From positions 352,001 to 416,000 of the forward strand of contig OZ252243.1 of assembly GCA_965249555.1 (NCBI GenBank): a stretch of DNA of 64,000 bases, written 5' to 3'. The translations under genes were made by a program, and so were the position numbers. The notes below the pieces were generated by a model that saw only the letters and a program-made list of their open reading frames with translations, searched no databases and had not been told where the DNA came from. This stretch comes from Nitrosopumilus sp. Lineage in GTDB: Archaea > Thermoproteota > Nitrososphaeria > Nitrososphaerales > Nitrosopumilaceae. Positions 47,711-58,129 of this stretch are shown piece after piece; position 1 is the first letter of the stretch, and every line of letters begins with the position of its first letter.

Positions 47711-48424
47711 TTAATATTTTTCAGTTTTTCTAAACAATTCTAATTCTTTTGGGCTTGTCAATATATCTATTGTATCTACATACCCATCAAAGTCAGTATA
47801 ATATTCATATCCTGCATCAAGTATTATACTAAACTTTTTTTCATCTTTGATTTCGCTTATGCCTAATATTACATTCAAGCACATAAACACAAGCAAAGTA
47901 CCATAAAATGATTTTAGAAAATCAGCTTCATCTATTTCTTTAAAAACTTGTAATAGTTTTTCTTCTCTGTTTTGCATTATTTCTAAAATAATCTCAGTAT
48001 AATCCGACAATATATTTATCATATCAATGGCAGATTGTTTTGTTTTTTCACTAAATCGTTGTTGTTTTTTAATATGCTCTATGCTTTTTTTGTAAATATC
48101 TAAATTCAGTCGCCCAAATTGTTGGATGTCTACATCTTTTCTTACTAGTTTAACTGCTTCTGTACAGTAAAAAGTAAAACGTGTAACATCTGATTCTGAT
48201 ATTGGATCATTAGTTTCATATTTTTCTGTCACAATGGGAAGAATGATTTCTTCTGCAACACGAGTGTGAATTTCAGTTAATTGTCTATGTTTATTTTTAT
48301 CTACAATTGCCAAGTTATCTATCTGTTCATTACTAGTAAAAGGCAATAGCATTTGCATTGTCGCAGACATAAGATATCTAATAGATGGCATAATTTCAAA
48401 TAAAAAGTTTTTTTTGTTATTCAT
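47711..48424 (-). CDS. Hypothetical 237-aa helical protein, candidate antitoxin
   Basis: Directly upstream of the toxin. C-terminal DTIDILTSPKELE resembles the ETLEIL.P.L motif of RelB/Phd antitoxin tails. Confidence 0.5.
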   Translation of the reverse strand: MNNKKNFLFEIMPSIRYLMSATMQMLLPFTSNEQIDNLAIVDKNKHRQLTEIHTRVAEEIILPIVTEKYETNDPISESDVTRFTFYCTEAVKLVRKDVDIQQFGRLNLDIYKKSIEHIKKQQRFSEKTKQSAIDMINILSDYTEIILEIMQNREEKLLQVFKEIDEADFLKSFYGTLLVFMCLNVILGISEIKDEKKFSIILDAGYEYYTDFDGYVDTIDILTSPKELELFRKTEKY

Positions 48425-48464
48425 TTACAAAATCCCCAAAATGAGCCGACCCTTGATAAGGAGA

Positions 48465-48500
48465 AGATTCCGTCATTGAGCCTATAACTTGACGGAATCT
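48465..48500. other. Inverted repeat / hairpin AGATTCCGTCA-N14-TGACGGAATCT
   Basis: Perfect 11-bp arms at 48465-48475 and 48490-48500. Confidence 0.7.
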
Positions 48501-48540
48501 CCAATGATCATAGTAAAGTATCTGTAAACAAAGTTTGCAT

Positions 48541-48670
48541 ATGGGAACATATTATCTAGATATTGAAACTAATGGTCTTGATGAGGTAGAAAACAAGATA
48601 GTTACAATTTAATATGTAGAACTTGGGCGTGGAATTGGAAACAATCTTGGAGAATACTGGAGGTTTAGTA
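48541..48670 (+). pseudogene. N-terminal remnant of an RNase H-like / DEDD 3'-5' exonuclease
   Basis: Manual translation MGTYYLDIETNGLDEVENKIVTI*YVELG..., with an Exo I DIET motif and a premature TAA. Confidence 0.55.
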
Positions 48671-48671
48671 A

Positions 48672-48875
48672 TTGAATGAAACAAAACCAACATGTCCAAA
48701 TTGTAATAGTAAAAACATTGCATGTATATTTTGGGGATATCCTGGAGATATGAACGGGTATCTCAAGGGAATAGAATCAAAAGAAATTGTTCCAGGAGGA
48801 TGTATGGTAGATGACCATGATCCAAAATGGGAATGTAACAAATGCAATCACAGATGGGGAGAAAGAGATGAGTAA
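48672..48875 (+). CDS. Small Zn-ribbon protein
   Basis: CPNC...WGYP...GGC...WECNKC. Confidence 0.7.
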   Translation: MNETKPTCPNCNSKNIACIFWGYPGDMNGYLKGIESKEIVPGGCMVDDHDPKWECNKCNHRWGERDE

Positions 48876-49029
48876 TTTCCATGCAGCATATGGCTTTGTT
48901 GGAATAATTTCATTTGCTTGAGGAATAATATTTTTCTGGATTGATGGAATGCTGCTATGGGCTATTCTGTTTATTGTATTGGCAATAATGCTAGTTATGG
49001 TCAAAATAATTTGGAATAATGCAGTTTGA
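48868..49029 (+). pseudogene. Small two-TM protein with an internal TGA
   Basis: MSNFHAAYGFVGIISFA*GIIFFWIDGMLLWAILFIVLAIMLVMVKIIWNNAV*. Confidence 0.4.
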
Positions 49030-49064
49030 CTAGATAATGCAACTAGAAAACTTGGAGATGATTC

Positions 49065-49349
49065 TTGATGAATAAAGAAAGAGCATGTTGTATGTGTGGA
49101 ACTCATAAATTTGTTGGACGTGTCAATGCTGGAAAAAAATACTATTGCGGTAAATATATGAGAAAAATTTCCGATTCAAGAATTGATTACTGGAAACCAT
49201 GTACACAAATAGAATTCTTTGAGAATATGCTATCTGATATGAGAAAAGGAAGTAACAGAAAACCAGGAAACATGTTTTCAAGTATTAGGGAACTGTTTAG
49301 AAAATGGGACAGAAAATACAAAGATAAATGCAGCATTTCTGCAATTTGA
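49065..49349 (+). CDS. Hypothetical protein with a degenerate Zn finger
   Basis: CCMCG...YYCGKY. Confidence 0.4.
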   Translation: MMNKERACCMCGTHKFVGRVNAGKKYYCGKYMRKISDSRIDYWKPCTQIEFFENMLSDMRKGSNRKPGNMFSSIRELFRKWDRKYKDKCSISAI

Positions 49350-49552
49350 TGAGCTAGAAGCAAAAAATAAAGGAAAATAGAGTTTAGAATCTATAATTTT
49401 TTGTAATTACAATTCACTATAGAAATTTGTTCTATTGATTCAAAACTCCGTATGTAACATGACAGGTAATTGGTAATATTCATGAATTAATAGGGTCAGA
49501 GTTTTAGTAGTGTAATCATTAATCATACAGCCACCGTCTCATCACACCCCAA

Positions 49553-50047
49553 TTATTCCATTGAATCAAGCAATTTTTGTGTTTTATTTCGAATTTCTGG
49601 AGTAACTTTGACTATTACCAACCCCTCATTTGGTTGGCCATACAAAACTATAGCATTCTCAGGGGCATAAACGCAAACAGGTATCACCAAAAGATCTTCT
49701 TCACCATTAACACTGATTCTTACTGGAGGCTGCATAGTAAAGGCCTGCTGAATAACGCCTATACTTTGAGAAGTGATTTCTGCGGCAGGGTTATCGACTG
49801 TCAATTCAGTAGCATTTTCTAGTTTTGGTGGTTCTCTTTTTGATCTTTTTTCCATACTATCAATTATTTGCAGAGAGGGAATCAAACCAAATTCAATCAT
49901 CTTTTCAGTGGTTCTATCTCCAACTGTAATTACATAGGAATTTTCTGAAAGATGTTTTTGGATATTTGTTTTATCAACTTGACTTTCAGGTAAGAGTATT
50001 CCTAAAGGAATGTTCAATTGGTCTCTTAGAGAATCAGGTAATTTCAC
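49553..50047 (-). CDS. GTP-dependent dephospho-CoA kinase (DUF359)
   Basis: TVGDRTT, IID, NPAAEIT, GEEDLL, YGQPNEG. Confidence 0.9.
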   Translation of the reverse strand: MKLPDSLRDQLNIPLGILLPESQVDKTNIQKHLSENSYVITVGDRTTEKMIEFGLIPSLQIIDSMEKRSKREPPKLENATELTVDNPAAEITSQSIGVIQQAFTMQPPVRISVNGEEDLLVIPVCVYAPENAIVLYGQPNEGLVIVKVTPEIRNKTQKLLDSME

Positions 50048-50058
50048 AGGAATCGTGG

Positions 50059-51186
50059 CTAGTTAGAAGTACTTACCTCTGGGGTGGTTTCTTTTTCAGA
50101 TTCTGTATTAGAACTTTCAGATGCCATCTCTTCTTGAAGTTTTGCTGCTTGAATACTACATTGTGCTGCAATATTTTTTGCACTTTTTCTAAAAGCAACT
50201 GCACCAGGAGATTCAGGATCTGTAATCATTATCGGTTTACCTGAATCAGAACCAGTCATAATACCAGAGTTTAATGGAATTTCACCTAAGAAAGGCATGT
50301 TAAATTGCTCGCTGATTTTCTTTGCTCCTCCTTCACCAAAAATATAATGTTTCTCATCACAGTTTGGACAAATAAAGTGACTCATGTTTTCAACAACCCC
50401 AAGAAGTGGAACGTTTAGTTTTTCAAACATTCCAACTGCTTTGACTGCAACATTACTTGCAACATCTTGTGGAGTTGTAATAACTAGAATTCCAGTAATC
50501 GGGATTGTTTGTGCAAGGGTTAATGGAATATCACCAGTACCTGGTGGAAGATCTACAATAAGATAATCCAAGTCAGCCCAATTGGTATCAACTAAAAATT
50601 GTTTCAGGATTCCTGAGATAATTGGACCACGATAAATTGCTGCTTGGTGTGATTGCTCTGCAAAGAAACCAAATGAAACAACCTTTAGTCCATTTGATTC
50701 AGCGGGTTGAAGTTTATTTTCTTCTACTTCCATGAATGCATCTTTCATTCCAAGCATCAATGGAATACTAGGACCATAGATATCAGCATCTAATAATCCA
50801 ACTTTAGCTCCTGTTTGAGATAATGCCAAAGCTAAATTCAATGAAACAGTTGATTTTCCTACTCCTCCCTTTCCACTTGCAACGCCAATAATGTTCTTGA
50901 CAGTTGCCATTCCAGTATCTGCATCAAGTGAACGACCCTCCATTACTTTGGCAGTCACATTCATATCAAAATCTTTCAGCTCAGAAATTTCGCCGATTGC
51001 TTTTCTAACATCCTCTTCGATTTCTACATTGAAAGGACATGCAGGAGTAGTTAGTTCTAAAGTAAATTTTAGATTACCATCATTTAGTTCTAGGTCTTTT
51101 ATCATACCCATTGATACGATATCTTTTTTCAAATCAGGATCAATGACTGTACTTAATTTTTCAAGAACTTGATCTATTCCTACCAT
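50059..51186 (-). CDS. mrp: Mrp/NBP35 (ApbC) Fe-S cluster carrier ATPase
   Basis: N-terminal DUF59 (TTPACP), GKGGVGKST, DADIYGPS, DLPPGTGD, ENMS..CPNC. Confidence 0.95.
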   Translation of the reverse strand: MVGIDQVLEKLSTVIDPDLKKDIVSMGMIKDLELNDGNLKFTLELTTPACPFNVEIEEDVRKAIGEISELKDFDMNVTAKVMEGRSLDADTGMATVKNIIGVASGKGGVGKSTVSLNLALALSQTGAKVGLLDADIYGPSIPLMLGMKDAFMEVEENKLQPAESNGLKVVSFGFFAEQSHQAAIYRGPIISGILKQFLVDTNWADLDYLIVDLPPGTGDIPLTLAQTIPITGILVITTPQDVASNVAVKAVGMFEKLNVPLLGVVENMSHFICPNCDEKHYIFGEGGAKKISEQFNMPFLGEIPLNSGIMTGSDSGKPIMITDPESPGAVAFRKSAKNIAAQCSIQAAKLQEEMASESSNTESEKETTPEVSTSN

Positions 51187-51333
51187 TGTTGAAAAAGTCT
51201 GTTTACATTATTTAAACATAGGTTAGACAACGAAAGAAATTGTCAATTATTTGAGAAATTAATCAAATCTTTGGAAATTTAAGCCTAAATCATCCAAAGA
51301 TTCATAAATTGAAATTCAAAAAAAATATCACAC

Positions 51334-51930
51334 TTGTTTTCTATATCTACCCTAGTTGATGTCGTTAGGATTCCTCCAAGCTTGTTTGGAACTACACTCA
51401 AAAAGGCAGGAATGAACATTCTCAAAGAAAAGTACGAGAGTATGATTAGTGCTGACTTGGGTTACATCATTATGATTTTAGATGCTAAAGTTGATGAAAT
51501 GGGAAAAATGATTGCAGGTGACGGCGGGACATTCCACAAAGTAGAATTTGAAGTATTAACATTTTATCCAAAATTGCAAGAAATTGTTCTAGGGGAAATT
51601 GTAGATATTACAGACTTTGGTGCATTTGTAAGAATTGGTCCAACTGATGCACTACTTCACTTGTCACAAGTGATGGATGATTATCTTAAGAGTGATGTAA
51701 AATCCGGAATGATTTTAGCTAATCAAAGTGGTAGAACACTCAAAGTTGGTTCTACACTTCGCGCAAGAATCACTGCAGTCTCATTAGGTAAAGCTGCTTC
51801 AATGGGCAAGATTGGAATTACATGTAGACAACCATTCCTTGGTGCAGACGCATGGATTGCTGAAGAGATTAAGAAGGCAGATAGTGGTTCAGATAAACCT
51901 GTAAAAGAAGCTAAAGTAGAGGCAAGTTAA
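51334..51930 (+). CDS. rpoE1: RNA polymerase subunit E' (Rpo7)
   Basis: VRIPP..FG, GDGG, FGAFVRIGP.DALLHLSQ, RQPFLG. Confidence 0.95.
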   Translation: MFSISTLVDVVRIPPSLFGTTLKKAGMNILKEKYESMISADLGYIIMILDAKVDEMGKMIAGDGGTFHKVEFEVLTFYPKLQEIVLGEIVDITDFGAFVRIGPTDALLHLSQVMDDYLKSDVKSGMILANQSGRTLKVGSTLRARITAVSLGKAASMGKIGITCRQPFLGADAWIAEEIKKADSGSDKPVKEAKVEAS

Positions 51931-51931
51931 G

Positions 51932-52120
51932 ATGGCACGAGAAATGGCATGCAGAAAATGCAAAGCTGTAACAACTGGAAAAATTTGTCCGGTTTGCAAA
52001 TCATCAGACTTGACACCTGATTGGAATGGAATTGTACTTGTAGTTGATCCAACAAACTCAGAAATTTCAAAAACACTCGGCATTACCCAGAAAGGCAAGT
52101 ATGCCATCAAAGTAACATAG
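51932..52120 (+). CDS. spt4: Transcription elongation factor Spt4 (RpoE'')
   Basis: ACRKC..CPVC..W.G...S.I...GKYAIKV, immediately after rpoE1. Confidence 0.95.
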   Translation: MAREMACRKCKAVTTGKICPVCKSSDLTPDWNGIVLVVDPTNSEISKTLGITQKGKYAIKVT

Positions 52121-52162
52121 AATATTTCTAAATCTTTAAAATCACACTAGTATTTTATCATC

Positions 52163-52981
52163 ATGTTGTCATTTAATTCAAAAAAACAATTATCACAATT
52201 CCTTACTGAGGATATAGGTAAGGGAGACATTACAAGTGTCCTTTTACCTAAGAGAAGAATTTCAGCTAGAATTATTTCAAGAGAAAATGGAATTGTTGCA
52301 GGTACAGTCTATGCAAAAGAAATTTTCAAACTCAAGGGATGCAACTCTCGAATTTTAAAAAAAGACGGCTCTAAAATAAAACCAAATCAAACTATTATGA
52401 GCATTACAGGGGATGCGGGAAAGATTTTGATGTGTGAGAGAACAGTACTGAATCTCCTAACCAGAATGAGTGGAATTGCAACACAAACAAATGAACTTGT
52501 TAAAAAAATCCCAAAGAAAACAAAATTGTATGCAACAAGAAAGACAGCCCCTGGTCTTCGATACTTTGACAAAGAGGCAGTTGAGACAGGAGGAGGTAGC
52601 AAACACAGACTTGGGTTAGATGAAATGGTGATGATTAAAGATAATCACATTGCAGTTGAAGATTCATTATTATCCATAATTAAAAAGGCAAAGAGAAAAT
52701 ATAAAAAATTTGAAGTTGAAGTTGAAAATACTTTAGATGCAGTTCTTGCGGCAAAAGAAGGTGCAACAATAATTATGCTAGATAATTTTTCTCCATATCA
52801 AATCAAAAACACAATCAAGGTTCTCAAGAATCAGAAATTACGAAATAAAGTAATGCTTGAGGCATCAGGAGGAATAAATTCCACAAACATATCCAAATAT
52901 GGCCAAACAGGGGTAGATATTATTTCAGTGGGCAGCATTACAAATTCAGTCAAAGGAATTGACATGAGTTTAGAAATTTAA
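52163..52981 (+). CDS. nadC: Nicotinate-nucleotide diphosphorylase (quinolinate phosphoribosyltransferase)
   Basis: EDIGKGDITS, TRKTAPGLR, HR.GL...MIKDNH, IMLDN, EASGGI. Confidence 0.96.
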   Translation: MLSFNSKKQLSQFLTEDIGKGDITSVLLPKRRISARIISRENGIVAGTVYAKEIFKLKGCNSRILKKDGSKIKPNQTIMSITGDAGKILMCERTVLNLLTRMSGIATQTNELVKKIPKKTKLYATRKTAPGLRYFDKEAVETGGGSKHRLGLDEMVMIKDNHIAVEDSLLSIIKKAKRKYKKFEVEVENTLDAVLAAKEGATIIMLDNFSPYQIKNTIKVLKNQKLRNKVMLEASGGINSTNISKYGQTGVDIISVGSITNSVKGIDMSLEI

Positions 52982-53370
52982 GAATTAAGTTGTTTTAATA
53001 ATTCAGAAACTTTTTTGTTTTTTGGATTAATTTCTTGAATTTTGCTGCAACATTGAATTGCCTGTTTGTTTTCATCTAATTTCTGGTGTGAATATGCTTT
53101 CAAAAGCAAGACATCAACATCATAAGAGCCAATTTCTAGAGATTTATCAAAGTAAGAAATAGCAATTTTGTACTTGTTTTCCATATAGTAAATTCCACCC
53201 ACCATAAACAAGACATCATGATGATGAGGGTTTTTTTTCAAATATTCTGTGCCTGATTTTAATGCATTTACATACTTTTTTTCTTTGATTAGTTTTTTGA
53301 TTTCTTTGAATTTTTGAATATTTTCTTTTGCTTGAGGATCTTTTGGTGTTCGACTAAATAATCCAACCAA
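52978..53370 (-). CDS. TPR-repeat protein
   Basis: Helical repeats AISYFDKSL and AIQCCSKIQEINP. Confidence 0.8.
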   Translation of the reverse strand: MVGLFSRTPKDPQAKENIQKFKEIKKLIKEKKYVNALKSGTEYLKKNPHHHDVLFMVGGIYYMENKYKIAISYFDKSLEIGSYDVDVLLLKAYSHQKLDENKQAIQCCSKIQEINPKNKKVSELLKQLNS

Positions 53371-53384
53371 AACAATTACACAGT

Positions 53385-54350
53385 TTATTTAATTTCAAGC
53401 ATTCTACTAATTGCCAAACGAGCCTTGTCAGCAATTTCTTTAGGAACAGTGACAACATGTTTTTCATTTACTAATGCATCATACACTTTTTCAAGTGTTA
53501 TCATCTTCATGTATTGACATTCAGCTTTATCTGATGCAGGAATGAATGTTTTAGTAGGATTATCTTTTCTCATTCTATACAATATTCCAGTTTCAGTAGC
53601 AACAACAAAGTTCTTTGATTTTGACTTATTGACATGTTTTAACATCCCTTCGGTAGAAAGAATTGAAACTTTTTTATCATCAAAACTTCCATCTGCAACA
53701 TCATATATCATTGGAGTGGTACAACCACACTCTGGATGAATAACAAATTCAGTATCTTTCATTGAATCTAATTTTTTTATGATATCTTCAGGAGTAATTC
53801 CTGCATGAACATGACATTCACCGGCCCATATGCGCATATTTTTTCGTCCAGTCATTTTTGCAACATAAGAACCAAGAAACATATCAGGTAAAAACAAAAT
53901 TTCTTTATCTTCAGGGATTGATTTTACAACATTTACAGCATTTGATGATGTACAACAATAATCAAGTTCTGCTTTAATTTCTGCAGTTGTATTGACATAA
54001 CCTACTACAATAGATCCTGGATGTTGTTTCTTCCAATTTCGTAATTCATCAACAGTGATAGAGTCAGACAATGAACATCCAGCTTCCAAATCTGGAATCA
54101 ACACTTTTTTTTCAGGACTAATTATTGCAGCAGTTTCTGCCATAAAATTTACACCGCAAAATAGAATTGTTTTTTGTTTGACTTTTGCTGCTTGTCTTGA
54201 AAGACCCAAAGAATCACCTGTGAAATCAGATACGTCTTGGACATCTGGAATCTGATAATTATGTGCCAAAATGATCACATCTTTTTCTTTTTTGAGTCTC
54301 AGAATCTCATCTTTGAGTTTGGAATCTTGTTGTACTAGCATAAACCACAA
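53385..54350 (-). CDS. nadA: Quinolinate synthase
   Basis: ILAHNYQ, GDSLGL, FCGVNFMAE, AGCSLSD, YVNT, HPEC, CQYMK. Confidence 0.97.
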   Translation of the reverse strand: MWFMLVQQDSKLKDEILRLKKEKDVIILAHNYQIPDVQDVSDFTGDSLGLSRQAAKVKQKTILFCGVNFMAETAAIISPEKKVLIPDLEAGCSLSDSITVDELRNWKKQHPGSIVVGYVNTTAEIKAELDYCCTSSNAVNVVKSIPEDKEILFLPDMFLGSYVAKMTGRKNMRIWAGECHVHAGITPEDIIKKLDSMKDTEFVIHPECGCTTPMIYDVADGSFDDKKVSILSTEGMLKHVNKSKSKNFVVATETGILYRMRKDNPTKTFIPASDKAECQYMKMITLEKVYDALVNEKHVVTVPKEIADKARLAISRMLEIK

Positions 54351-54434
54351 AAAATTGCCGGTGTAGGGATTTAAAGAATGGGAAGTAGTCTATAATTCTC
54401 TAAAAAACTAGCAAATGTGGCAATTATTGCCATA

Positions 54435-55253
54435 TTAGGTACCAATCTGAATATCATCTGAGCAGTATTTTCGTAGAGTTTCAATTGCAGACAAAATTGC
54501 CAACCTACTTGTTTTTGGATTATTTGCATCTGGAAAATTTTCAATTGTAAAGGTCATCTTTCCAAATTTTCCAGAAGCTTCTATGTGATGAGTATTTTTG
54601 TCAGTGTTTGGATCAGCGACAATTTTTACACCTGTTTTTTCACTACCTATTCCAGACAATGATAAAAGTGCTGCAACGTTGATGTTGGCAGGAAACAAAG
54701 AGACAGCCTCTTTGGCAGTTCCCTCAAAGATGGTTGTGGGTGAGTTGATTGCATCTAAATCAATTTCAGATGTTTCAAAAAACTTGGCACCTTTAAGAGA
54801 ACGGGGATGCTTTGTTGTAGTAATAGATAGTGATTCCAACTCATCTTTGATTGATTTTATTCCATCTAATCCAGCAATTGCACCTGAAGGAAGATAAATT
54901 GTTTTTTTGAAATCACTGCATGCATCTGACAAAATATCATAGATTGATTCATCAAGTAATGCACCGACACTCATTATCATCAAGTCACGTTTATTTTGTA
55001 AAACACTTAGTGCTACATCTTTTACTGCATCCTGGGAAGCAGCTTCAACTACAATATGTACCGGATGTGAGGATAAAAGATGGGAGTTTTCCACAATTTC
55101 GGGCTTTGTATTTAATTTTGAAACAAGCTCAACTGCAGCATCTTTAGAACTGTCATAAACATGGGTTAGAATAGCTGGAATCTTACCTGAATCAATTGCA
55201 AGGGCTATTTGAGTACCTATTGCTCCACAACCCAATAAACCGATTTTTTTCAA
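54435..55253 (-). CDS. nadX: L-aspartate dehydrogenase
   Basis: GCGAIG, VEAAS, SVGAL, SGAIAGLD, FPANINVAA, NPKTS. Confidence 0.93.
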   Translation of the reverse strand: MKKIGLLGCGAIGTQIALAIDSGKIPAILTHVYDSSKDAAVELVSKLNTKPEIVENSHLLSSHPVHIVVEAASQDAVKDVALSVLQNKRDLMIMSVGALLDESIYDILSDACSDFKKTIYLPSGAIAGLDGIKSIKDELESLSITTTKHPRSLKGAKFFETSEIDLDAINSPTTIFEGTAKEAVSLFPANINVAALLSLSGIGSEKTGVKIVADPNTDKNTHHIEASGKFGKMTFTIENFPDANNPKTSRLAILSAIETLRKYCSDDIQIGT

Positions 55254-55474
55254 TCAACAATACTAGAAACAATCACTTAATTAATTCTAGGTAGTCCTAA
55301 GACAAAATAAATAATGGTTTGAATAGATCAGTTTTGTCAAGGTTTAGTGTAACCTAAAGAATTTATTCAATCCAGATAACACCATTGTTGTGCTTAACAC
55401 CATATACAAAGATACAATTGAAAATAGTCAAGAAACCATCCCATTTCTAAATAATCCAGAAGGAGAGAAAAAAC

Positions 55475-56572
55475 ATGGTTAAAGATCCAATAAAGAGTTT
55501 GATTGAGGAGTTAGGAGCCCATCTTTCTCAAAAGGAGCACTCAGATATTGTGTTGAATAATGGTAGTGGAAAACAGTTTGAGATAATTCCTTCCGAGTTT
55601 AAGCAGATTAACCTAATAAAGATGCCAAGAAAGATTGCATTTGTAGATGGAGGTGATGCACTACTGGATGAATCACCAAACTATTTAATTATGCTTAATC
55701 GAATTTACTTTTCAATATTTTGTGGGAAAAAAAGAGTAAAACCTGTCATGTCGCCTCGTGTTCAATTTTTGTCATTTGTAATATCAAAGGTCGATACAAA
55801 AGATGGTAAAAAGAAAGTAAGTTATGATACAAAATTGTTTCCTCATAACGAATCAGACAGAGAATTTCTGCCTGCAGAAGTGGATTTGGCATCAGTTACT
55901 GATGGGGCAACAGTGCTGCAAGGCTCCAGACTAAATTCACTGGCAAGGAGATTTGCAGAATGGCAGTTAGCTTACAAAGTTGTTGAGAAAGAATTAGATG
56001 CTGGAGACATTCTAGTGATTGATGGTTCATTACAGACTAGTTTTAAAAATGAAACAAAGTATGCAAACAAACTATATGATTTGGCAATTAAAAAGGGAGT
56101 AATTATTTGTGGTTTGGCAAAGACTAGCAGACTAATTACAGAGTCTGGCGACCCATTGCTTGCAAGAATTGATGAGATTGCAGCTGATGTAAAGTATGAT
56201 AAATGGTATGTGAAAGTTGCTGAAGAAGTATCATCAGATGACAGAGGATTCATGCTTGCAGTAAAGTTTCATCCAAATTCTAATTTTGTATTTCGATTTG
56301 AGATTTTGCGAGAGCAGTTTGCAAAGATGGATGATTCAGAACTCAATTCAGTTCTTGCGAGCCTGGCTGAAAACTCTCAGGATGTGGCAATGCTTGGCTA
56401 TCCGTATGGTGCAATTGATGCAGACAGATTTGCGCAGGTGCGACTCCATGAATCAAACATGTATCGTGGAATTATTTTAGCTGAGCGACTGCAAAATCCT
56501 GAATGGAAGAGACTTGAAAAGTATAGTGCCAGTCTTGTAGCACATGATGTTCTAAATTTGGTGACCAGCTGA
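55475..56572 (+). CDS. nurA: NurA 5'-3' nuclease
   Basis: [33 protein letters not shown]; first gene of the operon. Confidence 0.88.
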   Translation: MVKDPIKSLIEELGAHLSQKEHSDIVLNNGSGKQFEIIPSEFKQINLIKMPRKIAFVDGGDALLDESPNYLIMLNRIYFSIFCGKKRVKPVMSPRVQFLSFVISKVDTKDGKKKVSYDTKLFPHNESDREFLPAEVDLASVTDGATVLQGSRLNSLARRFAEWQLAYKVVEKELDAGDILVIDGSLQTSFKNETKYANKLYDLAIKKGVIICGLAKTSRLITESGDPLLARIDEIAADVKYDKWYVKVAEEVSSDDRGFMLAVKFHPNSNFVFRFEILREQFAKMDDSELNSVLASLAENSQDVAMLGYPYGAIDADRFAQVRLHESNMYRGIILAERLQNPEWKRLEKYSASLVAHDVLNLVTS

Positions 56573-58128
56573 TGGATGAGATCTCAATTGCAGGTCAGGT
56601 AGTTGGAGGAAAGTTTGGAGATATTGTAATTCGCCAAAAGTCTGGAAAAAATTTGGAGATTGGAGACTTGATGGTCTCTGAAGAGAATGGTTCATTCTTG
56701 ATTTTGCAAGTGTTTGTATTGGAGTATGGCAGTCAAATTCAAGACCGAATGCAGCAGATGATGTCGGGAGTTAATTTGGAGCAGGGTTCGAATGCTCAAT
56801 TTTATGAGCCGGAGTTTGTCAATTATGTTTTGGCTCGAATCAAACCGCTGGCTCGCGTGTTCAAAGAGAATTGTGAAGTCAGAATTCCAAAGTCGTTGCC
56901 TTCATTTTTTAATAAATTGCGATTAATTTCCAAGGATGATCTTAAATTTTTACAAAAGAAGGAAGATTCAATCTTTGTCGGATACATTAGAAGCGGCAGT
57001 AAAGTAATCAAGGAAGCTGAAGTGTGGCTGCCAGCTGAGGATATATTCTCACATCATGTGTTGATTCCAGCAACGACGGGTCGTGGAAAATCAAATTTGG
57101 TCAAAACAATTTTGTGGCATGTGCTTGATTCAAACAAGGTTGGCGCGCTAGTACTTGATGCACATGATGAGTACTTTGGTCGTCAGGGTGTTGGATTGAA
57201 GGAGCATCCCAGAGCCAAAGATAATCTGGTGTACTACACGCCATCCAATCCACCAGTTGGTGCGAATCGTCTTACAATTAATTTGCAGTCAATCAGACCT
57301 GAGCACTTTGAAGGAATTGTTGATTTCTCAGATGCCCAGTTCCAGGCAATCAGAACATACCATTGGAAAGGCAAGGATGGATGGCTCACAACACTAATGC
57401 TGACAGACCCGGATTCTGCAACAGACAAGATTGCAGCATCAACAATGAGCGTAATTCAGCGAAAAATGAGGCTAATTTTGGGATTAGTCAAGGATGAGGA
57501 GGGGCATCTGGTCTCAAAGCATGAGGTGTTTGATTCAGCAACGAAGGGATTCACCACAGTTGATGATATCGTAAAAGACATCGAGCATGGAAAAGTTGTG
57601 ATTCTTGATACATCACGATTGGGTGATGAAGCAGAATTAATTGTTGGAAACATTATTGCATCAAAACTATTTGAAAAATACAAAGCATACAAAGCAGTTG
57701 GTGAATTGGCAAGAAAGCCTGTAGCTACTGTAATCATTGAGGAGGCGCCGCGTGTTATTGGTGTTGATGTGCTGACTAGAAAAAATGACAACATCTATGC
57801 AACAATTGCAAGGGAGGGTCGTAAGTTCAAGGTTGGACTGATGGCAATCACACAATTAAGTAGTGTCATTCCACGAACTATTTTGGCAAACATGAATACA
57901 AAAATTATTTTAGGAAATGAGATGAAGCAAGAGCGAGAAGCAATTATTCAATCAGCATCTCAGGATTTATCAGAGGATGACAAAAACATTGCAAGCCTGG
58001 ATAAGGGGGAGGCAATCATTTCAAGCATCTTCGTTCCATTTGCAATGCCCATAAAGATTCCCCTGTTTGAAGATATTGTAAAAGAGAAAGGCAGTCAGGT
58101 AAAAACAGAGAAGACGAAGGTGTTCTAG
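56572..58128 (+). CDS. herA: HerA bipolar helicase/translocase
   Basis: HAS-barrel N-terminus, [32 protein letters not shown]. Confidence 0.92.
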   Translation: MDEISIAGQVVGGKFGDIVIRQKSGKNLEIGDLMVSEENGSFLILQVFVLEYGSQIQDRMQQMMSGVNLEQGSNAQFYEPEFVNYVLARIKPLARVFKENCEVRIPKSLPSFFNKLRLISKDDLKFLQKKEDSIFVGYIRSGSKVIKEAEVWLPAEDIFSHHVLIPATTGRGKSNLVKTILWHVLDSNKVGALVLDAHDEYFGRQGVGLKEHPRAKDNLVYYTPSNPPVGANRLTINLQSIRPEHFEGIVDFSDAQFQAIRTYHWKGKDGWLTTLMLTDPDSATDKIAASTMSVIQRKMRLILGLVKDEEGHLVSKHEVFDSATKGFTTVDDIVKDIEHGKVVILDTSRLGDEAELIVGNIIASKLFEKYKAYKAVGELARKPVATVIIEEAPRVIGVDVLTRKNDNIYATIAREGRKFKVGLMAITQLSSVIPRTILANMNTKIILGNEMKQEREAIIQSASQDLSEDDKNIASLDKGEAIISSIFVPFAMPIKIPLFEDIVKEKGSQVKTEKTKVF

Positions 58129-58129
58129 T

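Noticed and set aside
48919-48921. Selenocysteine read-through of the internal TGA
   Set aside because: It sits in a hydrophobic helix of a tiny ORF with no redox motif or SECIS-like element; a nonsense mutation is simpler.
31661-49552. att-like direct repeats or an integrase bounding the defence island
   Set aside because: No matching repeat was found by eye at the two borders and no integrase ORF is present.
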